Assembly: GCA_043811535.1 (NCBI GenBank) | Contig: JBDRNC010000028.1 | Location: 32,001-96,000, forward strand | Origin: Elusimicrobiota bacterium | GTDB taxonomy: Bacteria > Elusimicrobiota > Endomicrobiia > Endomicrobiales > JBDRNC01 | Length of the DNA stretch: 64,000 nucleotides | Direction: 5' to 3' | Part shown: in pieces, positions 18,277-27,100 of the stretch | Layout of the letters: every line of letters starts with the position of its first letter | How positions within the stretch are numbered: the first letter of the stretch is position 1 | Position numbers and translations under genes: made by a program | Notes under the pieces: model-generated | What the model was told of the DNA's origin: nothing | Database searches by the model: none | Seen by the model: only the letters and a program-made list of their open reading frames with translations

Positions 18277-19431
18277 TCAATACTTTACTTCCTTCAGCGC
18301 TTTCATACTGAGCTGGTAAAGCTTGCCCACGCCTTCCGCCGAAACCCAGATGTATTTTCCGTCCCATCCGACGCTCGCCAATTTGTTCCTGTCAGCTTTG
18401 AACAGCGCGACTTCATAAACGCCCCTAACGTTAAGGTCGGCCGAGTTAACTTTATATATCTTGCTTGTTTTGAAATCCCCGATAAAATAATAATCCCCTT
18501 CCCGGAACATTCCGCACGGATTCACCGCGGGGCTGTCGTATATGCCTACTATTGAAAGCGTTTCGTCCATTTTATGCTTATAGATCTTCGCGGCGTCGCT
18601 GTCTATCACCCATAGGTTGGCGCCATCGTAATACAGTCCCGCAGGATTAGTGTCCGGAAGCGCGTAAATCGCGACCGCGGTAAGGGAGTTGTCCAGCTTG
18701 TGCTTGTATATCCTTCTTTCCACTGAATTGCATGACCATAGATATTCTCCGTCGAAAGCGAGGCCCATCGGCTGGGTGTTTCCGGTCTTGTAAACGGAAG
18801 CTATTGAAAGTTTCTTATCGCTGTTATGCTGGTAGATGTTTCCAGTGACCCAGTCGCTTACCCAGAGATTCGGCTGGATCCAGCATATCCCGGTCGGATT
18901 CGAATAGGGTATTGAATACTCCTGCATTCCGCTCGGACTTGATAAAAACATCACCGCGGCCGCGATTACCGCTACTACGGCTGCCGCTCCCGCTATTAAC
19001 GGCACGGGCAAGCCGGTCTTCATCCCTTCTTTCTTGACGGCCGCCACAGGTGCAGTCGCCGTGCCGCTTGAAAGAGCCTGTACAGCCTTATTGACGACCT
19101 TCAGAACCTCGTCTATCTTGAACGGCTTGCTGATATAGTCAAAGGCTCCGAGCTTGAGCGAATTCACCGCTGTTTCAACATCGGCAAACCCGGAAAGCAT
19201 TATGCATTTGACGTTGGGATTTATCCTCTTGAGTTCCGCCAGCACCTCCAGCCCGTCCATGTCCGGAACCCTCATATCCAGCAGCGCAAGGTCGGGGATT
19301 TCGCGTTTCCCCACTTCTATCGCCTGACTGCCGTCCTCTGCCGTGAAAAGCGTGTGCCCCGTAGGCTTAAGTATATTGAAGACAATATTCCTGAGACCGG
19401 ACTCGTCGTCCATTATTAGAATCTTTACCAT
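18277..19431 (-). CDS. Receiver domain - TM helix - beta-propeller-like protein
   Basis: MDDE...LLDMRVPDMDG...KPF receiver; TM LIAGAAAVVAVIAAAVMFL; repeats PxGLxxDGxxLW. Confidence 0.85.
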   Translation of the reverse strand: MVKILIMDDESGLRNIVFNILKPTGHTLFTAEDGSQAIEVGKREIPDLALLDMRVPDMDGLEVLAELKRINPNVKCIMLSGFADVETAVNSLKLGAFDYISKPFKIDEVLKVVNKAVQALSSGTATAPVAAVKKEGMKTGLPVPLIAGAAAVVAVIAAAVMFLSSPSGMQEYSIPYSNPTGICWIQPNLWVSDWVTGNIYQHNSDKKLSIASVYKTGNTQPMGLAFDGEYLWSCNSVERRIYKHKLDNSLTAVAIYALPDTNPAGLYYDGANLWVIDSDAAKIYKHKMDETLSIVGIYDSPAVNPCGMFREGDYYFIGDFKTSKIYKVNSADLNVRGVYEVALFKADRNKLASVGWDGKYIWVSAEGVGKLYQLSMKALKEVKY

Positions 19432-19453
19432 TTCATTTCCTTTTTGAATAAAT

Positions 19454-20695
19454 CTAAATATTAACTTTATTAAGTTTTTTCATGCAGTACCGCGTAACTT
19501 TACTCACGCCTTGATAAGCCACCCAGATACATTTGCCGTCAAATGTTATGGACGTTATTGCGGAAGTATATTTTTCGCTTTTTGGGACTTCGTAAATGCC
19601 TTCCAGCATGAAGTCGCTTTGCCTTACCTTGTAAAGCTTATTGGAGAGGGCGCCTAGTATGAAAAAACTATCCTTTTCACCGAACATGCAGCGGGGGTTT
19701 TTTACGGGACAGTCAAATTCCGCGGCGACGCTCAGTTTTTCGTCCATGTTGTGCCTGTACGCCTTGCTTGCCTGAAAATCAAGCGACCACAGGTTCTTTC
19801 CGTCAAAATAGAGCCCGGAAGGATTTGTGCCTGGGCTCGCGTAGCTTGTTTTAACAGCGTACACCGGACTCATTTCCAAAACGTGTATCTTGCTTTCAAA
19901 GGAATCCGATATCCATGCCTTTTTTCCGTCCGTCGCCACGCCCGCGGGCTGTATTCCGCCGGGCAGCTCCTGGCTCGGATAAGCCGCTTCTTCCTTTATG
20001 CCGAATTTCGATATCTGGCCGGCAACCCAATCGGTAATCCAAAGGTTATCATTGTAATAACAGAGCGACGAAGGATTGGCCGCCTTGATGTCAAACTCAG
20101 CCGTGCTTGCCACCCCCATGTAGTTCTGCCAGAAGAAATAGCCGCCGGCGCCTAAAGCCGCAACCGCCAAAAATAATACCGCTATCTTCAAAAAAAATCC
20201 CGCGCCGGGTTTTGCGGCGCCCTTCTTTTCTCTCTGCGCCGCGATGGGCGGCTTCATCGCAGGCTGGCCGGGTTTTTGGGGCTGAGACACTCTTGTATTG
20301 AGGTGTTCCCCCGGCATAGCAGGAACTTGCGAAGTTTTCGCAAGCGCCTTTCCGAGCATCTGGACAAGCGCGTCAACTTTGAAGGGTTTTGAAAGATGGT
20401 CATAGGCTCCGGCTTTTACAAGCTCTATCGCGGAATCCACGTCGCCGAAACCCGACAGAACTATAACGGGAATTTCCGGATTGATTTTTTTTATCTCAGC
20501 AAGCAGGTCGGGGCCGTCCATGTCGGGCAGGCGGATATCCATCAGCACGGCATCCGGGGACTCTTTGCCGCAAAAAGCCAGACCGGACGCGGCGTCATCC
20601 GCGTCAAGCACTGTATATCCCTGCGGCACGAGGATTTTAGCGATTACCTTCCTCATGCCGGTTTCGTTGTCTATGACGATGATTTTCGGCGGCAT
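19454..20695 (-). CDS. Receiver domain - TM helix - beta-propeller-like protein (paralogue)
   Basis: IDNE...LMDIRLPDMDG...KPF; TM IAVLFLAVAALGAGGYFFW; NPSGLYFDGKNLW repeats. Confidence 0.85.
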   Translation of the reverse strand: MPPKIIVIDNETGMRKVIAKILVPQGYTVLDADDAASGLAFCGKESPDAVLMDIRLPDMDGPDLLAEIKKINPEIPVIVLSGFGDVDSAIELVKAGAYDHLSKPFKVDALVQMLGKALAKTSQVPAMPGEHLNTRVSQPQKPGQPAMKPPIAAQREKKGAAKPGAGFFLKIAVLFLAVAALGAGGYFFWQNYMGVASTAEFDIKAANPSSLCYYNDNLWITDWVAGQISKFGIKEEAAYPSQELPGGIQPAGVATDGKKAWISDSFESKIHVLEMSPVYAVKTSYASPGTNPSGLYFDGKNLWSLDFQASKAYRHNMDEKLSVAAEFDCPVKNPRCMFGEKDSFFILGALSNKLYKVRQSDFMLEGIYEVPKSEKYTSAITSITFDGKCIWVAYQGVSKVTRYCMKKLNKVNI

Positions 20696-20696
20696 C

Positions 20697-22079
20697 TTAC
20701 GCGGCCCCGTTTCCCGAAGAATTAAGGAGAAGGCTTATAGTTACTGTTGTTCCCTTGTCTTTTACGCTTTCCAGCCCGAGCGTGCTCCTGTGGAGATCTA
20801 TTATTCTTTTAGCCGCGGTCAATCCGAGGCCTTTGTGGTTTTTCTTTGACGAAAAGTACGGCTGGCAGACCTTTTTTATGTGGTTTTCCGATATCCCTGA
20901 ACCAGTATCCGTTATCTTCACGATTATCGCGTCTTTTGCCTTGTCATATAACGTCGTCAGCGTCATTTGGCCGCCGTTCGGCATCGCTTCAATGGAGTTC
21001 TCCATGAGGTGCATAAGGCTTTCCTGCATCAGTTTTGGATCGCCGTTGAACTGCGGAATATCAGCCGCTAAATTTTTGGTGACTGATATCTTTTGAAGCG
21101 TTATCCTTGATTCGAGATGTTTATTCGCCGCTTCAAGCAGGCTGTTGATATTGAGAGGCTGATTCGCCATTTCAGGCACTCTTGCAAGCGCGAGGAAATC
21201 TTCAATGGACCTGAGCATGTCCTGCACGTTCTGGTCCACGACTTTCAGCTGCTCTTCAAGCTCCGGTTCCACCTTGAAATTCGCGAGCGCCAGCTGAACG
21301 GTCCCCGACATTATTCCAAGATAATTTCTCACCCTGTGCGCGAAACCGCGCGCGAGGTCCTCCAATATCGTGAAATGCTCCTGTTCGCGTTCCTTGAGGT
21401 TTGCCAGGCGCATGCCCATCTGGCCCGTCATGCCCGATACCTCGCCCTCAAGTTTTGACCATTTTTCCTTTTCCTGCATGAATATCTTTTCTTTTTCCGA
21501 CAGCATCTGCGCGACTTCTTTTTTCTCTGTCTCGAGTTTCTCCAGACGCGTTTTCGCCTCTTCCTCATTTTTCCTGAGCGTTTCTTCAAGTTCTCTCAGG
21601 TGCCTGGACGCCTGCTCGGGTATCATTTCCATGCCCGGTACCCCCGCCGCCGGCGAGACGCTCACCCCGGCTTCCCGGCCGAGCTGGTTCTTCAGTATCT
21701 TATTCTCCGTTTCGGCTTCTTTCAGCCTGGATTCCCACTGCAGTTTTGTTTTCTCCAGTTCGGCCTCAACCTCTTTGGCCTTAAGACGGTCCTCAAGCAA
21801 CAGTTTTTCGTGTTCCCAGCGCCTTTCAAGTTCCTTGAGTTTCCAGTCCAGCTCTTTTATGGACATTTCATGCGAGAAAGCCTGGTCCTGAAGGTTTTTC
21901 TTCTCTTCTTCCTTTATTTGGAGTTTCTTTTCCCAAAGCATCATCTCTTCGTCGTAGCGGCGCTTCCAGAAATCCGCGACGGATATCGCGTCGACTACCT
22001 GCATCATCTCGGGGTCAGCGGGCAGTTCGGTTTGTATTTTTTTCAATTCTTCTTCTATCCAGCTCCAAGAATCGTCCAT
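20697..22079 (-). CDS. Cytoplasmic histidine kinase with long coiled-coil N-terminus
   Basis: AHRVRNYL H-box, ENSIEAM, DTGSGI, YFSSK, GLGL; no TM segment. Confidence 0.85.
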   Translation of the reverse strand: MDDSWSWIEEELKKIQTELPADPEMMQVVDAISVADFWKRRYDEEMMLWEKKLQIKEEEKKNLQDQAFSHEMSIKELDWKLKELERRWEHEKLLLEDRLKAKEVEAELEKTKLQWESRLKEAETENKILKNQLGREAGVSVSPAAGVPGMEMIPEQASRHLRELEETLRKNEEEAKTRLEKLETEKKEVAQMLSEKEKIFMQEKEKWSKLEGEVSGMTGQMGMRLANLKEREQEHFTILEDLARGFAHRVRNYLGIMSGTVQLALANFKVEPELEEQLKVVDQNVQDMLRSIEDFLALARVPEMANQPLNINSLLEAANKHLESRITLQKISVTKNLAADIPQFNGDPKLMQESLMHLMENSIEAMPNGGQMTLTTLYDKAKDAIIVKITDTGSGISENHIKKVCQPYFSSKKNHKGLGLTAAKRIIDLHRSTLGLESVKDKGTTVTISLLLNSSGNGAA

Positions 22080-22090
22080 GTTAACTCCTA

Positions 22091-22171
22091 AGGGTCAAGG
22101 GTCCAGGGTCCAGGATTAATAAAGACTTGTCGTTTTTGTTACCGGCCCCTGGTCCCTGGCTACTGGACCCT
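22091..22171. repeat. Heptamer (GGGTCCA/TGGACCC) inverted-array hairpin
   Basis: agggtcaagggtccagggtccagg ... aaagac ... ccggcccctggtccctggctactggaccct. Confidence 0.8.
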
Positions 22172-22175
22172 GTCT

Positions 22176-24164
22176 TTACGGTATCACTATCTCCTGGCCT
22201 GGCATGACCTGGCCGCCGACTATCTTATTCGTGTTCGCCTTATATATATCCTTCCACTTGCTGCTGTCATTATAGTATTTCTGAGCGATACTGCGCAAAT
22301 TCTCGCCCGCTTGCACAATATGCTTGCGCGGCCCTGCGGGTTTAGGTTTTTCCGCGGCCGGTTTCTTTATCTCCTTCTCGGGCTCTTTCTTGGCAGGTTC
22401 CTTCGGAGTTTCGGTCGCCGCCTCTTTCGACGGCGCCGCGGTTTCCTCGGAGTTATCGGGAGTAATGACCCTTATCGGCACCACATCAGGAATATTCCGC
22501 GGCTGCGCGCTCTGCGTGCCCTGCATGCCGGGAAGAACGGCCGGTTCGGTCGTCTGCGTAGAAGGTATCTGGGGCGTTATGACCTGAACAGGTTTCACTT
22601 CGATCGGCTTGCCTCCGGCACCCGGCGCGCCGCCTTTTTCAGCCTGCTGTTCGCCCGTAACTATCCTCTCCGCGCTTTTGGATGTAACCGGTATGACAAG
22701 CACCTGGTCGGGTTTCAAGGCGCCGCCCCTGCCTATATTCTTCCGGTTAATCTGGTATATTTCATCCCAGTATTTCGCGTCACCGTAGTATTTCTCCGCG
22801 ATTGATTGCAGCGTATCGCCGCGTTTCACAACGTGCCTTATTTCCTTTGCTTCCTTTACCGCGGGGCCCGTTACGGGCGTCTTACCTTCGCGCGCCTCGG
22901 TCTTTGCCGCTTTTATCCGGTCCCTTATCCTCATCGTTGCTTCTTCAAGCAGAACTTCCTCTAGTTTTCTCTTTTCCGCTTCCGTAGCCGCAAGGTTGCT
23001 CTCGAGATTCTTGTTCTTCTCCTGCAGCTCGGAGTAATAATACTCGAGGCTCCCCGGCTCCACTTCTTCCTTTGACTTGCTTCCGAAACGGAATATGAAG
23101 CTCATGCGGTGTGTGCCGCTCACTTCTTTAATCCCGTTCAGCGGATACTGGAAAGCGTAATCTATCTGGAATGAATTGATGTCGAAAGAAAATCCTAAAG
23201 ACGGCTGCACATAATTGAGCCCGCCCATTGTTATGCCGGCTCTCGCGGCAAACAGGTCGACTATCCATTTCTCCATGCCAAACGAGCCGTACCACAGGTT
23301 GGAGCGGTAAATGCAGTCTGCGGCCCATTTCATGTCCTTCTGTCGCCAGCTTATCCCCAGGCGGCCGGTCATCGGCAGCTGGTCCTTTTCCTTGAGGCCC
23401 AGGTCCGGCTGGTTTATGTCGGTCGCCGACAAGCCTATGAAAAGGCGCGGCAGGAGATTGTATATGGCGCCGGCGTCTATGCTGAAGGCCTGCACGGTAT
23501 TTTTGTTCCCGTAATCAAAAACCGGGCTCCGCTCAAGGTATTGGTCTATCGCATAGTTTTCCCTCAGTATTTTTAAGTTGAATCCGTACGAAAACCTTTC
23601 TTTCACCGATTTGCCGAAGCTCAGATAATACGCGGATTCCTGGTAGTAATCAAGCAGCGTGAAAGTCCTTGCTGCGGCTGAAACCGTAAACATGTGCACC
23701 TTTTTAGTCTGGAACCGCGTCGCTTCGGGAGCCGCCGTGGACATGTTCAGTTCCGCCGCGCCTGTCGCGCTCTTCGTTCCTCCGCTTTCCGAAAAAGCTT
23801 CCGTTCTTTCAAGTTTGAAGAAAGGAACCGCAACGGATATGAATGAAAGCGACAGGTCCGATCCGTCGTCAAGGCCGATCCACAGTTTTCCGTAATCGGT
23901 GCCGAGTTGGCCTCGCCTCAGGAAACCAAGGCTTGCCGGGTTATAATAAAACCCGAACGGATCCTCTCCGAACGACACGCAGGCCCCCGCCATGCCGACA
24001 GAACGCGCTCCCGCGCCCAGGTCGTCAAAGTCAGAATAGACGGAAGAAGGAAGAAGGAAGAGGGAAGCAATTATAAAAAGAATTCCCAAATTCTTCAAAT
24101 TCCCTTTCTTTAACATCGATAATGTTTTATATATTTCTCTCATTATTTTTCTTCCGTCTTCCAT
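22176..24164 (-). CDS. PorV/PorP-like outer-membrane barrel fused to a coiled coil and two LysM domains
   Basis: GARSVGMAGA...YYNPASL plug motif, IDYAFQ...THRMSF barrel end, HVVKRGDTLQSIAEKYYG and HIVQAGENLRSIAQKYY; true start may be downstream of 24164. Confidence 0.8.
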   Translation of the reverse strand: MEDGRKIMREIYKTLSMLKKGNLKNLGILFIIASLFLLPSSVYSDFDDLGAGARSVGMAGACVSFGEDPFGFYYNPASLGFLRRGQLGTDYGKLWIGLDDGSDLSLSFISVAVPFFKLERTEAFSESGGTKSATGAAELNMSTAAPEATRFQTKKVHMFTVSAAARTFTLLDYYQESAYYLSFGKSVKERFSYGFNLKILRENYAIDQYLERSPVFDYGNKNTVQAFSIDAGAIYNLLPRLFIGLSATDINQPDLGLKEKDQLPMTGRLGISWRQKDMKWAADCIYRSNLWYGSFGMEKWIVDLFAARAGITMGGLNYVQPSLGFSFDINSFQIDYAFQYPLNGIKEVSGTHRMSFIFRFGSKSKEEVEPGSLEYYYSELQEKNKNLESNLAATEAEKRKLEEVLLEEATMRIRDRIKAAKTEAREGKTPVTGPAVKEAKEIRHVVKRGDTLQSIAEKYYGDAKYWDEIYQINRKNIGRGGALKPDQVLVIPVTSKSAERIVTGEQQAEKGGAPGAGGKPIEVKPVQVITPQIPSTQTTEPAVLPGMQGTQSAQPRNIPDVVPIRVITPDNSEETAAPSKEAATETPKEPAKKEPEKEIKKPAAEKPKPAGPRKHIVQAGENLRSIAQKYYNDSSKWKDIYKANTNKIVGGQVMPGQEIVIP

Positions 24165-24178
24165 CTTCCGTCTTCATT
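24034..24178. repeat. GGAAGAC-type hairpin overlapping the start and signal peptide of the barrel-LysM gene
   Basis: gacggaagaaggaagaaggaagagggaag ... cttccgtcttccatcttccgtcttc. Confidence 0.8.
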
Positions 24179-24183
24179 CTGAT

Positions 24184-27100
24184 TTATCTTGCAAGAATTA
24201 TTGTTCCGTTGACCGCCGTGCCGTCGCCTTCTATCTGGTATATGTAGACGCCCTTCCTCGCGCCGTTCCCGTCCCACTCAAGCGTTACGGTAGTCGCAGT
24301 CATATCGCCTACCGCTTTCAGGTCAGCGACAAATTCCCCGCGCATGTCAAACACCTTGCCGGTTACCTTGTCTCCCGTGGGATTATCTACGTAAAAAGTC
24401 ATTTTTTCGTATGGAGCCGTTCCCGGCGTGAATACTTTCGCCGGATCCAGCGACGCCAGCCCGAAGCTTGAAGCCCTCACCACCTGCCGCAGTTGGTATT
24501 GTCCCGGTTTTGTAACGCGTATGGCAACGCGTTTCTTTATTTCATCCATATATCCGCCGATGCGTATGAACTCGACGCCGTTGTGCCAGTAGACTGACAA
24601 TTCTCCCGGCGAAAAACCCTGCGCGAAAGAAATGCCCGGCGCCGCAGACAGCGAACTGTATGAGAACTGCAGCGTTACAGGCGTGGAGAATTTATAATCG
24701 GTTATCTCGGTGAAATTCGAATCCCTTATCCTAAGGTCGTAAACCCTGAGTGTCTTTCCGGCTTCTTTGCCCGTGTCGCGGTTGAATTCAACGGCAAGAT
24801 CATCGTTCCATTTATTGTTTTCCGCGAGCAGTGATTTGGAAACATCGGAAGGAAGTTCGGCCGTCACCTGCTGGTCCGAAGAGACAAGATTCATTTTTTC
24901 CGGATTCAGCGATTCTATTATCAGCGAATTCCCTCCTTCTATTCCCGAGCTGTCCACGGCTTTTACCATATAATAAAACTGGCCGCCCTGAACCGCCGTG
25001 TCCGTATAACTCTTGGTCCCGGCCGGCACGAACGCGTAAACGTTTCCCGACCACATTGACTGGATTGACAGCGACCTGTATATGTTGTAGCCGGCAAGGT
25101 CGTCAAGGACATTGCCGTCGTTATTCCTGGTAACCGCGCTCCAATACAGCGTGATACTCTGCTCATCCTGTGAAATCGTTCCTCTGAGCCCTGCCGGCGA
25201 CGCCGGCCTGTTTATGACGGGCACTGTAAAGCTGAATACCTTGCTGCAAGTTGTTTCAAGCGCCTTTATATCGCGCGAGATTACCTTCCAGTAATATGTC
25301 TTGTTCTCTGACAGCAACGATGTCACCGCGTACTGTATATCCGACAGATTCGAGGCCTGCAGGTAAATCGATGAAAAATCAGATACTATCGTTGAAATAA
25401 CCAATGTATAAGTTACATCGTCGTTCAAGTCATTATCCACTGATTTTGACCATGTAAAAATAGGCTTCTTTGTGCTGACAACGGCCCCGTCCGCCGGTGA
25501 TATCAGATTGAATGCCAGCGGCGGATTATTCGTCATAGATATGGCGAATGTTCCGGTCGTACTGAAAACATAACCCTGTTCGATATCAGAATCGACATGA
25601 ATGAAATAACTTCCTTGATATTGGTACCCGCTCGCCCTTACGCGCCAATAATACGTGCTCTGATCCAGCAGATTGCTCAGCGGCTGATAAAAATTATCGG
25701 TTCCGGTAGGTATCGCCTGGCTTCCGGTGAAATTCTGGTCTATGGAAATATCAATATAGTACCTTACGATATCGGCGGGGTCTATGTCTATCGCGGCGTC
25801 CCAGAAGAACCAGGGTTTAAGCGTCGTGGATATTGTGACACCAAACGGTTCTTGGATTGCAAAAGCCTGCGGGAGCTCCTTTTCTATGTCGGTATACGCC
25901 ATCCTTGTCTGGTTTGACTGCCTGATCCGACCGTCTGAACCGATAGCGTCCACTCGCCAGTAGTATTTCATATTGTCCACGGGCAGATTCACTATAGTCC
26001 ATGAAGATGAAAGCCCGGTCACTGTCGTGCTCGACGCGAAGTTCAGGATATTTGAATAGCTGAGGTTATACGAGACTGAATTGAACGGGTCCGGGTCCGA
26101 CGTCATTTCCCAGTAAAACGTCACTTTGAGCGAAAGCTCGCGCGTGTTGTCGGCCGGCGAAATCAGGTTGAACGCGAGAGGAGCTTCCGGAACCGCATTG
26201 ATGACGACGTAATACGTCGTATCGCTCATCGTGTAAATCAGCCCGTCAAATACCCATACGCGCCAGTAATAAGTCACATTGTCCGTCAGCGCGGGCGTCG
26301 TGTAATTAAGGCCCGAAATCCCCGCGGACGAAACATAACTTGAGAAATTCTCATAAAGCGAGTAATCAACCTTGTATGAAATCAGGTCCCCGGGGTCAAT
26401 GTCGCTTGATGCAGTCCATGAAAGGCGCGGCGTCGCCGTGTTCGTGCTCACCGCGTTCGGTTCTACAAGCGTAAACGACTCGGGCGCTGAGTTTACGGCG
26501 TTTATCCTGATTGTATATATAGATGCCGACCAGATCAAAGCGTTATCTTCGTCGTTCGCAAGCACTTTCCAGTAAACGCTCTTATCTTCCATCAGGTCGT
26601 CCGGCACGCCGTAAGAAAGCGCCGTGCCCGCGGAAACCGCCGTTGTCACATTCAATTCGAAATTCTGGTCCGTGGAGTAGTAAACCGTATATGAAACCGT
26701 GTCGCCGTATACGGCATTCGAATCAACGGAACCGAGCCATTGCAGAACCGGCATGGTTATCTGGGAAATATAATTGTTTTCGGGCAGGTTAAGATCGAAG
26801 GCGCCCGGCGCGGCGTTCACCGGCCCGGCGCTCGGCGTGTCAACGGAAACTCCAGACCAGTTATCGCGTTCATCGGATGTTTTTACATTGAAATAGTAAG
26901 TTACACTGTTTTCAAGTCCCGTTATTGTATAGTAAACTGTCGTCCCCTGCACGGCAGACGTGGATATCGCGATGACGGTCGCGGGATACAAATCGTCCTG
27001 GCTCGTGGAATATTTGATTTCAAAGCTGCCGCCGCTTATGTCATCCGAATAACCGTTGTCTCCGGGAACCGTCCATGCGAGAACAGCCCCGCGCCAGAAA

